Shown: piece by piece, positions 37,700-51,177 of the stretch
Position numbering within the stretch: the stretch's first letter is position 1
How the letters are laid out: each line of letters begins with the position of its first letter
NCBI GenBank assembly: GCA_051453625.1
Contig: JBOZIK010000001.1
Coordinates: forward strand, 45,360,099-45,423,378
Length of the DNA: 63,280 bases
Direction of reading: 5' to 3'
From: Welwitschia mirabilis
Taxonomy: Eukaryota
Program-made: the position numbers and the translations under genes
The notes under the pieces: model-generated
Told to the model about the DNA's origin: nothing
Seen by the model: only the letters and a program-made list of their open reading frames with translations
Database searches by the model: none

Positions 37700-40290
37700 A
37701 AGATGCTAGGTGAGCACTTAAAATTTGATGATACTTCTTGTATAAGAATTTTATAAAAGAAAGAAATTGAACTCCAAAGATAAACTATAAAATGCTTTCT
37801 ATAGAAGTTAAAATTATTCCAAGTTTAAATTCTAAAAAACTTCTTAGAAATTCTAGTTTTACTAGACTCAGATAATGGATGGATAATCAAACTTTACTTG
37901 TGGAATTGATTAACTTTTTTAGAAAGATATAGTAATGAGGAAATTTATTATTTTTATAGAAACTTGACATTTTTAGAAGAACCTCCAACATTATACTTAG
38001 TAATGTACTACTTCAGATTTCATTAAATGAAATAAGGATGATTCTTAGAATACCATTTAGTGGTAGAATACTATTAAAATCCACAAAATTAAGGATACTA
38101 CTTTATATCTAAAATATTTTTGAAGTATTACTATTAAGGATGAGCGAGTTAACATCAATAAAGTAAGGGATCCTAAGGCATTTGTTATTTCTAGAATGGT
38201 ATTCTCTAACATAGTCCCAATCATTAATAAATAAAATGGCGTGAGTATACTAAGAGCATATTTAACACATTTTATTAGAGACTCCTTAACTAAAAATATT
38301 AACATTGGATTCAACATCTTTTAATGTTTGTATAAATTAGTGTCACAAAACAGAAACACCACAAAAATTACAAAGGTGGGACTAGGATTTTCCTTATTAA
38401 TCAAAAGGAGTTTTTTAGATTACAATATTCCATAATTCTTTTCAAGAAAAAGATGCAGTGTGAAATCCTCAGTTGCATTCTTATTTGAAGTTTTAGCTCT
38501 AACATCCTTAAGTATTCTAGGCACAAAAGAGGAATCTTCAACAAGTCAATCAGTGATACAAATTTAAACATAGCCCTCAGAACCTTCTAGAAAATAAGCA
38601 AATACATTTACTCTATAGCAATTAGGGCTACAAGAGAAAATAGAATCTTTTGCAAAGTTACTAAAAGAAGATAAGATGAATCCTTTATGTTTTTCTATAA
38701 ATTCATTAATCACCTTCTCACTAGAAAAGAATTAACTATAGGAAAAAAAAAATCTTAGCTTAAAAGAAAAATTTAAATTTTGAAACTAGAGAATTAATTT
38801 TACAAAGATAAAATTTCTTTTTGTCAAGAAGAATGTAATCAAGAAAAGAAGAAAAAGCAATAGTTGGAGAACAAATTAATCTCTCATTTTGAATTCCAAA
38901 AGTCAAATAGGTCCTCTTTACATAATGTTTAAGCTCAAAGTAAGGAATTAAAATAAGATCTTAGGAAGAAAAAATAAAAACTGCAGCTTCCTCCAACCCA
39001 TAGAAAAGATTTTTTATTAGAACTTTTGAAAAGCATGCTCATAATAAACATTATGATGCTAAGTACATCGAGATGCAATAGGAATTCATTAATCCCATGC
39101 ATAACAACTCATCCCTTCCTTTTAAGAAAGAATATTCATAGAAAATATATATGGATTTGAGAGGAATGCATGGAAAGTACATGAAAATTCAAGAAGAAAA
39201 TAATAAATACAAGAAAAAATGGGTGAAAGCCTTAGAATAGGTATAGGTTAAGCAAGAGAAGATTGAAATGTATGAAAGAAACATTATTTTCCTTTAGGAA
39301 AATCTAGAATCAAATCCTTCTTTTGTACCCATTGGTTATTCTTCATTAGAGCATAGTTTCATAAAGGTTTTAAAAAATGATTTATCCCCAATCTTAAAAA
39401 AAATTGAATAACTTATTTTACAACAAATCCGTCTAGTGGACACAGAGATTTTTGTGCATCAAATTTTAGATGCCATTAGAGAAATGTTAGTTTCTCCTAG
39501 TCAATTCGATCTAACTGAGAAGCTTAAAAAAGAAAATAGCAGACTACTTTATGAAAGTAAACTTTTAAAACTCTTACTAGAAAAGAGAATATAATTTAGG
39601 AAAGGGGAATTGAGAGTACCACGGAGCATGCATTTATACCCCAAGAACTATATGATTATTTTGATGGTTGTGAAAGAGTTGTAAATGAAATCATATAAAA
39701 AATAAAAAAAGCATGGGATAAGATCACATGGGTATTCAATCAAGCCTTGAAGGAGGTAAATACTACTAAGAATAAAGTAGTTAAAGGACAAAATTAAAAA
39801 GTGCTAAGCAAACTCCTCCAAGTCTATGAAGGTTTCAAAAGGGACATTTATCTCTTTGCAGTTAGTAAGCAAGATTTAAGCTCTTTGAAAAACCAAGTAA
39901 ATTAGCTTTTAGAGTGTATGAAAATTCTTAAAGGAATCTTTATAGATATTTTCTTCAAAATAGAAGGAGAAGAAAGAATTAGAACTATCCTATTTGGAAG
40001 TTGTTTTGGATTGAGGGAATTCAAAAAACTCTCTCCAAGTCAACCTGTGAGGTTCAAGAGGACTCCAACTACTAAAAATGGTAAACAATCAAAAGGAAAG
40101 CTATTCAAGATAGCTCAATCAGATAAATAAAATATAAATTTAGATGATCTAGCCTTTCTAAAAGAGTAAATTAAGGTAATAAAGTAGTTGGAAGAATTAA
40201 AAAAGTCACAAGATGAGTCGAAATTAGATATAATTGAAAAGAAAAAGACAAATCATCAAAGAAAATAGTGTAAATTACTAGAAGACTAAT
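37700..40290 (+). pseudogene. Sense 3' accessory ORF of B: PF20167/Transposase_32-like domain plus long coiled-coil region
   Basis: YSNEEIYYFYRNLTFLEEPP..ISLNEIRMILRIP..AFVISRMVFSNIVPII..VSILRAYLTHFIRD..NINIGFNIF..LGFSLLIK, then E/K-rich heptad-like segments, ending KIEGEERIRTILFGSCFGL. Conserved in D. Confidence 0.7.
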
Positions 40291-40313
40291 AAAAATCTAA
40301 GTGTATGGAAAAC

Positions 40314-41636
40314 TAATGGCTTAGAAATGAACGTATATTTATGTTACATTCTTATCTCATCAATGAAGAATTTGTTAAAATGTTATCAAGTGTTGTGACA
40401 TTATTATAGTATATTATGAGCTGTTATTATAAGATAACTTTGTGATAGAGGTTAGTTAAGTGGAGTTATGCTATTAAAAGTGAAAGCAATTATAACTACT
40501 AGACAGGTGATACAAAAGAAGGAATAACAAAATTTCTACCACTGCACTTATAAATAGGTGCATTGAAGGAGGTAGGGGGATCTTTTTGGAAGTTTTGAAG
40601 GAGACCTAGAAAAGCATATCTCAAGTGAAGAGATCATAATGGGAGGACTGTAAAGTAACTTCTTAGGCTCTAGTGTTTATTTTGAAAATATAGAAGAGAG
40701 CTAATAAATTTATTTACTTGATAAGTAATACAAGATGTCTTATTATAAAATGAATCTTGTATTGCTAAAGTGTATAATTTGAAAAAGTTACATGTTATTT
40801 GTTCTTGCTCTTAATGTTGATGAGAGCTAAAGTTAATATTAAAATAGTGTGCCAGTTAGGAATAATTAGTGCAAGTAATCTAGCTACATTTTCTTTATTC
40901 TAGTTCTTTAATTTTCCTGTATTCTATAAATTATTTTCTATAAGTAGAGTTAAATTAGAACACATTTTTTTCCAAGAATAGTCATTCTTGATAAAGTATG
41001 AGTGTTGATAAAAAAGTCTTTATCNNNNNNNNNNNNNNNNNNNNNNNNNNNNNNNNNNNNNNNNNNNNNNNNNNNNNNNNNNNNNNNNNNNNNNNNNNNN
41101 NNNNNNNNNNNNNNNNNNNNNNNNNNNNNNNNNNNNNNNNNNNNNNNNNNNNNNNNNNNNNNNNNNNNNNNNNNNNNNNNNNNNNNNNNNNNNNNNNNNN
41201 NNNNNNNNNNNNNNNNNNNNNNNNNNNNNNNNNNNNNNNNNNNNNNNNNNNNNNNNNNNNNNNNNNNNNNNNNNNNNNNNNNNNNNNNNNNNNNNNNNNN
41301 NNNNNNNNNNNNNNNNNNNNNNNNNNNNNNNNNNNNNNNNNNNNNNNNNNNNNNNNNNNNNNNNNNNNNNNNNNNNNNNNNNNNNNNNNNNNNNNNNNNN
41401 NNNNNNNNNNNNNNNNNNNNNNNNNNNNNNNNNNNNNNNNNNNNNNNNNNNNNNNNNNNNNNNNNNNNNNNNNNNNNNAGTTAAAAAAAAAGAAATCTCC
41501 ATATAAAAATTATTAATAATCAAAATGCTTGTGTAGATGTGTTAATATAGTTGTATGTTTTTCTAGCATTTTTAAGAATTTCATTAAAACTAGTTAACTA
41601 TTTTATATTATTTTTAGTTAAATTTTAGGCTTGTCA
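40314..41636 (+). repeat. 3' LTR of B (contains N gap 41025-41478)
   Basis: Aligns with 20838-21732 and ends CTTGTCA. Confidence 0.9.
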
Positions 41637-42068
41637 AGTATCTTAGTAGAATTATACTATCATTAAGAAGAATTATTAGAAGTAGTGCTGACATTAGGAA
41701 AAGTTAGACATTATATCCTTGGTCTTGAAGTAAATGTACATACTAATCATAGTGCAATTAGATTCTTAATGAGTGAAAAAGAGGTAAACATGAGAATTAT
41801 GAGATAGATATTATTGATGCAAAAATTTAAACTAAAAATTATTGATAAAAAGAAAATACTATCTAAACTAGAATTCCTCGAGGAAGTAGAAGAACCACTT
41901 AGTATAAGGAATAGATTTCCTTATGAACATCTTTATATTAAGAAAAACCTTTGGTTTACTAACATTGTCAATTTTATAATTACTAAAAGATTAATACCTT
42001 TCTTAAACTATTATGAAAAGAATAAATTATTGAGAAAATGTGAAAGATTATATATGGCATGATAAAAT

Positions 42069-43261
42069 TATAGGATCGTAAACCCTGAAGGGAGGGGATT
42101 AATAGGACTTCTAAAAAATTTAATTAATTATTACTATCCAATAAAGAAATTATCACATAAAAACATATAACAAAACAAACTCAAAATAAGAACCAAAGAA
42201 ATGCACAAGACAAGATTTATAGTGGTTTAAGATACATCCTCCTTCACTCTTGAAAGATAGTCAATAACCAAAACTATTCTAGATCTTTGTTGCATCACTA
42301 TGCACCAGGTTTTTAAGGCTAATCTTCAACCTTGCAAAGCAGACTTTTGCAAGCTAAGTTTTAACCTTCATAAATGGACTCTTGCAGGCTAAGTCTTAAC
42401 CTCTTCAAATAGACTTTTATAGGCTAAGTCTCAACCTTCAAAAAATGCACAAAGGTAAGTGAGGAAATGAAGCCTCTATGCTATAGATCACTTAATTGAA
42501 AGAACTAACAATGGAGCATTATTGTTCAGATTTAAGAGAAAGGTAAGTGCTGAGTGAGAGAAGAATAATAGTATAAAGATAAGCCCTTCACATCAAGAGT
42601 GCAACATTCCTTTTCAAAAAATACATTCTAATGTTAAGGTTTAGGGGTTTTGAGTGTTGCTTTTTATTTATAGATTTCCCCAAAATATAATCGTTTGGAT
42701 AGTTGGGAAGCAATCTGACATTTGTAATGGATAAATTTTGTGAAGTAACGGTTAGAAAATCACTTTAAAATTTCCGCTTCTGTGCTAACCAATCAACCCC
42801 TTGAATCATCCAGTTGACCTAAGTGACTCAAGAAACATAAAATGGTCATTCCCTTTATCATCCGGTCGACTTAAGTAACTTACATCACTTGATCCAGTTG
42901 CTCCCATATAAAATTCGATCAACCGGTTTTGTTTAGGTTTGGTCGACTCCACATGCATCTGTTTGATCCCATAGGATATAGTACATATCGAAAATCTTGA
43001 AAAATGCATTTCTAGGTCTAGTGGACCCCTCAAAAATATAGTGAAACCCATATGAAATAGTCCAAAATAAGTATTTCTAAGTTTTGTTGGCTCCTACATT
43101 AAGTCCTTGGACAGAAACTCAAGTTACTTTAGCCAGAACATGTACAAATCTTACTATCTTTTGGATATAGATCCTGCAGTTTCTTGCACCTATAAAATCA
43201 CTTTTTGTTTTACAAAAATTATATTAGTTTGACATCAATTAGCAAAAATAAAATTCTAACA
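42069..43261 (-). mobile_element. Sirevirus (Ty1/copia SIRE) solo LTR inserted in the integrase of A
   Basis: Perfect TSD AAAAT (42064-42068, 43262-43266). Reverse complement matches the LTRs of G. GGTCGAC motifs and the C-rich terminal Sirevirus signature are present. Confidence 0.88.
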
Positions 43262-43778
43262 AAAATTCTTTTTAAAAGATGTAAAACCACATCATAAGAA
43301 GGTGTGTTAAATAAGGGTTATAAAAGAAATCCTTCAGGAAGCACATAAAGAAGGAGGAGAAAATTTTCAAGCCAGAAAAACAAGAAGAAAAATACTTATA
43401 TTGCTTATTATTAGCCAATAATATTCAAAGAATCTTTTCCTATGCAAAAAAGTGTAATAAATGTTAGAAAGAAGGAACATTTACTTAAAGATTTGAAATA
43501 CCATAATAGTAGATCCAATTCCTTGAATCCTTTATTATATGAGGAATAAACTTTATTGGGCTAATTAATCCTTTCTTTAATAAAATAAGGCATATATTAG
43601 TATATGTTGATTATCTTGTTAAGTGGACCAAGAATGAGGTTGTTCTTTAGTATTATTTCTAAACCATTATAACCTTTCTCTTGAAGAATATTATCTTCAA
43701 GTTTAGAACACTTAGGTCCTAGTATTTATAAGAAACTTACTTTACTAGTGAAATCTTTAAGAAATTCTTATCAAAATA

Positions 43779-45187
43779 TGATATTGGATCATATTTTATA
43801 GTAATTTTGATTTAAAACTAAGTTAGCAAATTAGTTATTATTCTTTCACAAGGATAATTAGGATTAATTAAACAAAAATTACACTAAATCTTACCAACTT
43901 ACAAGTTATAAAAAGAAAGAAAAAGAAAAGAAAAATAAAAGTGAGTTAAGATTTTATCTTTAAAACTTTATTAGGAAATTGGAAAGTAGTAAATCTTCAA
44001 GTTACTTGATTCATTATCTTACAAATTGTTACTCGACCATATATAGCATTAACCTGAAACAAACTTCAGATCATCAAGTGTAAAAGCTCGAGTTATGGTA
44101 ACATAATCTCATTCACCATTTGAGTGTTGATGAACTTGATGGTCACTGATCCTTCATAGCCTTACAATAAAAATATAAAGTATGATCTTATAGTACGCAG
44201 GATTTATAAAACTACAAAGATAAATATCAATTAACTTATTCAAATTCACATGTTTGAACAAAGTAAAACTGGATAGTGCATTGCTACTTAAGTATTCTTA
44301 GTACATATGAATTGAAACTAACACACAAAAGAAAGTAATTATTTAGTATTGAATTAAAAAAGGTACATTACATTAAAGATGAAGGAAGTAGAAAGGACTC
44401 CTCAAGATCCTTGAAACAAGCTCACTTCCTAAGAAATTACTTAGAAGGCCCTTGTGCCTTGATGCACCAAAGGTTTCATGATTTTTCCAAATGAAGGTTG
44501 AATATAATAAAGGGCTTAAGACCCTTTTATAGATGAGCACAGGGGTGAGGGTAATTACAAGATCTTAGCTTATAGTGCTAGGTGAACAATTAGATAATCA
44601 TAACATTAAGTAGAATAGTTTATCTTTTATTCCATTTGGTAGAGATTCTTATGATGATGCTAACACTTAGCTCTAAATGCTATAACTACTATAAACCAAT
44701 GTCGTTATCATGTGTCTTCATTGCCATCCTATTCAACCTTACTAAATGTCATCACTGCCAGTCCTCCTTATCACCGCCATATGTCATTGGGAATGGAGGA
44801 TATTTTCAAGATAAAATTTGATCAAGTCCATAACTCTAATTAACTAAATTATTCATGATATTTTAGAAACATGAAAATGAAAGTGATTTTCCATATAGAT
44901 CAGCAATGCTAATAGTATTGGTTGGTGGTGATAGTGTTTTGGCATGGCAAGTGGTCACCTTTAAGCACATCCTTCAAAATGTGATAATTAACTTGAAAAT
45001 GTTATGAAAAATTGATAAGTCTAAAATTAGTATGTAAATTAATAAAAGACATGTTTTTATGATAAAATTAATTATATTAATATATTTCATTAAGATAATT
45101 TAATTATTTAACTTGATTATAATATTCATTTTTACATGTTTACATATCCCCTAACTAGTCTTTTGCTAGTGCCTTAGTAAGACATCA
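43779..45187 (-). mobile_element. Probable solo LTR of an unidentified family interrupting A
   Basis: A's integrase stops abruptly at 43778. TGAT..CATCA termini and a minus-strand CTATAAAA near 44525-44532. No clean TSD. Confidence 0.4.
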
Positions 45188-45871
45188 ATAAAGAAATGGT
45201 TAAACATGGAAAAATTGTTTATGTTAAAAACACTAAAGTATGTGAATGATATAACTTTGAAAAGTTTATGTCTAATTTTTTTTATTTAAGCTATAGAATG
45301 AAACATTTGGTAGAAAATAGATGTCATACCTCCTTATCAAAACTAAAATCTATCCTTAAAGTTTATAATATAAAGTGTCTAGGTGCATTCGAGAACATAG
45401 CCTTCAAAAGATGTTAATGAGCCATTTTATTAAAAACCATGTGAAGTAATGCAACTTAAGCTATGAAAGGGATAAATTAACTAATGATTTATTTATTTCT
45501 TCCTAAAACTATAATAATAACTCAAACCTTAAAAAGTTTATTTTTATATGATGGAAGTTAGGTGGAATGGATGATGGAGATGGATAATGAAAATGTGATG
45601 ATGGACTTAATTATTAACTAATGAATAAATAAGCGAACCTACCTAAGCTAATGAACTTTATTACATTTTCAATTTTTTAATGAGCATTGATATCAAATGA
45701 GCATAGTTTTAATCAAGTAACTTATATGAATTCAAGAAATTACAACAAATCCTAAGTATAAAAGTTAAAAGACAATAAAACACCGAAATATTCCTATTTC
45801 CACCTTTTTCATTTCTTCCTTCGCTTATGTTCTTAGTTTTAAGACTTTGAAGCACATTGGGAATGTAGTGT

Positions 45872-46630
45872 TAAAAAGCCTAGAACATATTTAAAAATTC
45901 TATAAAAAAGTTAACTAGATTCAACAACATGCTTAAAAAGAAGCTAAAATATTAATAAAATTCTAGAAAAATCATATAGCTTAAATTACCACAATTATGC
46001 ATAGACTTAAGTCATTATAATTTTTATAAGGGGTTTCTTTCTTTCTACTTTTGAGCCATAATAAAAACTTTAAATTAAGATACAAACTTTATCAAGAATT
46101 ACTATTTCTAATAAAAAGGTATTCTGATAGGATTCTACTAATAGATAATAGTTTATAGAATGTGGAAAAAATAAAACAACTAAAATAGAAGAAACATAGC
46201 TAGATCACATGAATCCATTATTTCTAACTACCACATCATCTTAATATTAATTTTAGATATAATCAATTAGCATGCAAGTTTTTCAAATCACATACTTCAG
46301 AAACACAAAATTCTTTTTAGATTAACACATCTTGTATTACTTGATAAGAAAATACAAAGATTAATCCCCCTTGTATTTCCACAATAAGCACTAGAGCTTT
46401 TGGAAATCACCTTATAGCTCTTCCTCTTATGACCTCTTTGCTTGAATGTGCTTTTCAAATTTTCTCCAAGAGTTCAAAAAGATCTCTTCATCTTTCACTG
46501 CATGCCTATTTATAAATGCAATAGAAGAAAGGTTGTTACTCCTTTCTTATTGCTACCTATGTAGTTGTTGTAACGACTTCCCTTTTTGTAGTATATTTCT
46601 CTCTTGACTGACCTACATTCCAAAGTTAGC

Positions 46631-46677
<47 letters not shown>

Positions 46678-46761
46678 AATAATATCATAATATTAGCTAA
46701 CAATTTATCATATTCTTCATTAAAAACATATCATAATGTACATTTTTTTCCTAAATCATTA
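45872..46761 (-). repeat. 3' LTR of D, with a (TA)n run at ~46640-46671
   Basis: Reverse complement of the B LTRs; direct match to 63167-63280. Confidence 0.88.
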
Positions 46762-46779
46762 GTTTTTCCCATACTTAGA

Positions 46780-49372
46780 AAATTGCTAATTCCTTAACAA
46801 TATAATTTATATTATTTTCTTGGATGCTTAGTCTTTTTCTTTTAGACTACATTTGGTCCTAACTTAACCTATGACTTTCTTGATTCCTCTAACTATCTTA
46901 TTACTTTAATTTATTCTTTCAAAAGGCTATAATATCCAAATTTATATTTTCTTGATCTGATTGAGCTACTTTAGCCCTCTTCCCTTTTGATTATTTACAT
47001 TTTCTAGTTATTAGAATCCCCTTAGGTCTTATATGTTGAGCAGCAAGGGGATTTTCTATTTCACTCAATCCAAAAGAGCTTCCAAATAGGATAGTTCTTA
47101 TCCCTTCTTCTCCTTCCATCTTGGAAAAAATATCTATAAATGTTTCTAAGTATTTTCATGTAATCTAAAGTTGATTTATTTAGTTTTAAAGAGAGTTTAA
47201 ATCCTTATAAATGACTGTAAAAAGACAAATGTACTTTTTGAAGCCTTTGTAGACTTGGAGAAACTTGCTTGATGTTCTCTAATTTTGTCCTATTACTGCT
47301 TTACTTTTGACAATGTTTACTTCTTCTAGTGCTTGGTTTGATATCCATATGATTCTTTGTAACTCTTTTTCTATTTTTAGATGATGGAATTTGTAACTCT
47401 TTCACAATCATTGAAATAAGCATATAACTTTTGGGGGTAGAAGTGCATACTCTGTGGTACCCTTAATTCTTCATCTCAAAATCCTATTCTCTTTCCTAAT
47501 TTGATCTATAAAAGATTATTTTCATAGGGTAACCTATTTTTTTCTTCTTTAATCCATTCAATTAGGCCTGACTAAATGGAGGGGACTAGCATTTCTTTAA
47601 TGGCATCTAAAATTTGATGCATGAAAATCTTTGAATTTGATGAAGAATTTTGATGTGAAGTAGGCTATCCAACTTTTTTTAAAGATTGAGGCTAATTCAT
47701 TTTTTATAAATATTATCAAATTTTATTCTAATGAAGAATTATTTATAGATTTAGAAGAAGGAGTAGATTCTAACTTTTCTTGAAGAAGAGAAATTTCTTT
47801 ATCTTGCATTTTGATATTCTCCTACTTAATTTGTACTTGTTCTAAAGCATCTATCCACTTTTGCTTAAATTTATTATTTTTTTATTGAATATTCATGAAC
47901 TTTTCATGCATCCCTCTCAAATTTGTATAAATTTTCTTTGAATATTTCTTCTTAAGAGGAAGAAGAAATTTATTATGTCTAAAAGTAATGAACTCTTACT
48001 ACAACTTAATAAACTTAGAATTGTAATGCTTACTATGGGCCATACTTTTCAAAATCTCCAATACAAAGTCTTCTTTATTAACTAGTGGAAGTTGTGGTTT
48101 TTATTTTTTCCTCCCTAAGCTCCTGCTATAATTCCTCAATCTAAGTTTAAATGTTTATTACAGAGGATTTATTTGATTTCTAGAATTCAAAATGATAGAT
48201 TTGTCTCTCCTCTAACTTCTACTTTTCCTTCTTTTCTTGATCATATTCTTTTTGCCAAAGAGAGATTTTATCTTTATGAAATTTATTTTCTATTTTAGAA
48301 ACTTAAGTTTTTCTTTTAAACTAACATTCTCTTCCTATAGTTAATTATTTTTTGCTAGAAAGATAGCTAATGAATGTATGACAACACATAAAGAATCCAT
48401 CTTATCTTCTTCTAGTGACTTTATAAAAGATTATGGTTTCTTTTGCAGTCTTAACTACTGTAGAGTGAATGTATCTACTTTCTCTCTGAAAGGGTCTTAG
48501 AGCTATGTCTAACTTATCTCACTTGCTAGCTTGATAAGGGTATTTCTTTTGTGTCTTGAACACTTAAGGATATCAGAATGGAAACTCCAAATAAGGAAGC
48601 AACTAAGAGTTCCATACTATTCCTATTCCTTGGAAATAATTGTTGAATATTTTTGCCTAAAATAATTCTTTCAATTAATGATGAAAATCCCAATCCTACC
48701 TTTATAATTTTTGTGGTGTTTCTAATTCTTGACATTGATTTGCATAAGTATTAAAAAACACTAAACCCTACATCAATGTTTTTACTTAAAGGGTCTATGA
48801 TGGCATCTATCAAATACATCCCTATTATACTCATGCTCTTTTATCTATTGATGATGGAAGTAATATTAGAGGATAATATCATTACAATAACAAATGCTTC
48901 AGGATCTTTTACCTTATCAACCTATCCATCCTTATTAGTGATATGCTAGAAATGTTTTAGACATAGGGTAGTGTTCTCATTCTTCCATGTGTCTAAGAGT
49001 ATTCTTTCATGGGGAATTACCCCAAGTACCATTCTTATTTCATCTAAAAAACCTGAATTGACACATTATTAGTGAATGAATATAATATTGGAGGTTCTTC
49101 TGAGAATGTCAAATTATGGTAGAAAGAATAAACTAAGTCATTACTGTACTTTTCTAAAAAAATTAACCAGTTCCACTAGTTGAGTTCAAATACCTTCCCA
49201 TTGCTTAAGTTTGGTAAAACTAAGATCTTTAAGAAGTTTTTTAAAATTTGAACTTGGAAAAAGCTTAACTTCTACAAAAAACATTTTATAGTTTATCTTT
49301 GGAGTTTAATTTCTTTCTTGTATGAGTTACTCATATAAGAAGTATTATTAAACTCCAAGTGCTCACAAGCAT
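46780..49372 (-). pseudogene. Sense accessory ORF of D (PF20167-like + coiled coil)
   Basis: DLVYSFYHNLTFSEEPPIIYSFTNNVSI and RNTTKIIKVGLGFSSLIERII (ORF 48526-48735); homologous to 37700-40290. Confidence 0.7.
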
Positions 49373-51177
49373 TTTGTGAAGAAATGAGAAGTGATTAAAT
49401 AATCAAACAATTAAATCCTTTAAACTATATAAAAAATGTTATTGGATAATTTGTTTATTTAAAAGTGAAATTTTACCTATGAAAAAACAATAGAAGAAGT
49501 TTCCATGATGCTTTTACAAGAACTGAAAGATGAAAAAGCGAAATGTGCACTAAAACAAACTAGGAGTAAATAATTTTCCTATCAAGATGCTCTTATTTAT
49601 ATAACTTTATAGCTCCTTGTCATGCATTAGATCATGATTTGTAAAATATTTGATGAAGGGATGATTAAGATTATCAAAGGAGGGTGCTAACATAATTTTC
49701 TATAAAGTTTCTTTTTGTCTTTTGTTGTGTCAGGGCTCAAAGGCATATTTGATTACTTGAAGGAGTTATTCGACATATAATTACATTCTTGAAGAGGATA
49801 TTTAAGTAATAAAGCTTGCTTGAGGGTCCTTCAAGTATTTATTATTATTGATTTGAAGGGATCCTTTGAACTAATTAAATTGTTTAGTAGAGTAGAAGAC
49901 AAGTATATTCATGTCTCCTGAGTTACCTAAAATTAGCACCTATAAAAAGTTGATCACATAAATGTGGTCATAGTTCTTCTAGCTTGTAAAAATGCATTCA
50001 ATTTTATGAATTTTACATTTTATGTACACATTTTGGAAAACACTAAATAATAAATAGACCACAAGAGATTCCTTTTGAAAATCTAGCCCATTTGTTACTA
50101 CTGCTATTTCTCTTTTGATCCATGGATGCTTTTCTCCTACTACCAAAAGTTAGTCTCATAAGATTATGTTTTCTATTCAACTCTTCATTAATCTCACATA
50201 TTTATCTCTAAATTTGAGTAGCAATTTCTTTCTTAAAAAGGGTATTCAAGCTATAAAGATTTCTCTAAGGGTTCCTTTAAGTTTGAATTACCTTTTCCAA
50301 AGAGTTTTCTAATAAAGATTTAGCTTGAAGGGGGTTTTCAATTAACTAAGAGTTAATTAAAGGGTTCTTTTGAGGATTCATTAATGCAATTCTTCTAAAG
50401 AATCTAATATAACCATTAATGCATTCCTTAGATCTTATTTATAGATGTTCAAATTAAAGGGAAGCATCTCTTTATAAAGGGGTCTTTAATTAAACATCTA
50501 ACATATGTCAAATTAGACTATTGTATGGAAGGAAGCTTTAAAGGTTTTGAAGGGATCTCAGAAGTAGCAATACATTAGGAGAAAGACAAAGCCACCTAAT
50601 TCTTAAATTAATTCATGCTATGCTCAAGGCAGAACTCAAAGGAAGTCTTCAAGTAATAAAGGTTACTCAAAAAAGTTTTTCGAGTTCACGCTAAGAGTAG
50701 ACAAGGAAAAACAAAGAAGCCAAGGTTCCAAGGATTTTTAAAGACACTATCGAAGGGGATCAGCCATATATTGAAGGGGTATTTAATAGACAATGCATAT
50801 CATTTTGACACATTATTTAAAATTGGGATCTTTTAATTTTGCAAGGATTTAAGAGGGGTATTTAAGAAATAATGGTTACTTGGAGAGAGTTCTTTAAATC
50901 TGCAAAGCTAGCTAAAAATAGTTGTAATTGTTATAGAATTTATAGTTAAGTTGAATGAAGTAGAGTTTGATCCAACATTTTCTAGATTAACAAATATTCT
51001 TAAATGATTTAAAAGTTAGTAAATTAGATGCATTCGAGCCTTACTCATATCTAAAATTATGAATGATCCTTTTCACTAATAGTTTTCCTTGTATATGTAT
51101 ACCAAAATGCCTTGAACAATTTCGTACAACCACATTTCCCAAATTGAATTAAGTTCTCTTGACACTTTAGATCAAGA

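Larger units (their letters stand above)
20838..41636 (+). mobile_element. Athila-type Ty3/gypsy element B, full length, inserted in the RNase H of A
   Basis: Paired LTRs, tRNA-Asn PBS, gag-PR-RT-RH-INT order, accessory ORFs and PPT (AAGTGTATGGAAAAC, ~40299-40313). A's frame rejoins with a 5-bp overlap (GGTTG/AGTAT, decayed TSD). Confidence 0.9.
17072..45871 (+). mobile_element. Athila-type Ty3/gypsy element A (old host element, fragmented by B, two solo LTRs and D)
   Basis: LTR-like start TGATG at 17072. CEHC knuckle ~18425, protease ALVDLRASLNVMP (19142-19336), RT ~19900-20500. RNase H is split at 20837/41637 (..YVSNNFKV|VS**NYT..). Integrase at 41900-42068 and 43262-43778, with a KxNxH-like tail ~45410. 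Both ends are approximate. Confidence 0.7.

Noticed and set aside
38057-38317. Hydrophobic minus-strand ORF suggesting a membrane/env protein
   Set aside because: Antisense shadow of the PF20167-like sense ORF; AT-rich sequence yields hydrophobic translations.
41025-41478. Apparent 450-bp insertion in the 3' LTR of B
   Set aside because: The flanks are nearly contiguous in the 5' LTR, so the gap size is overestimated. The same holds for 53116-53215 and probably 26839-27809.
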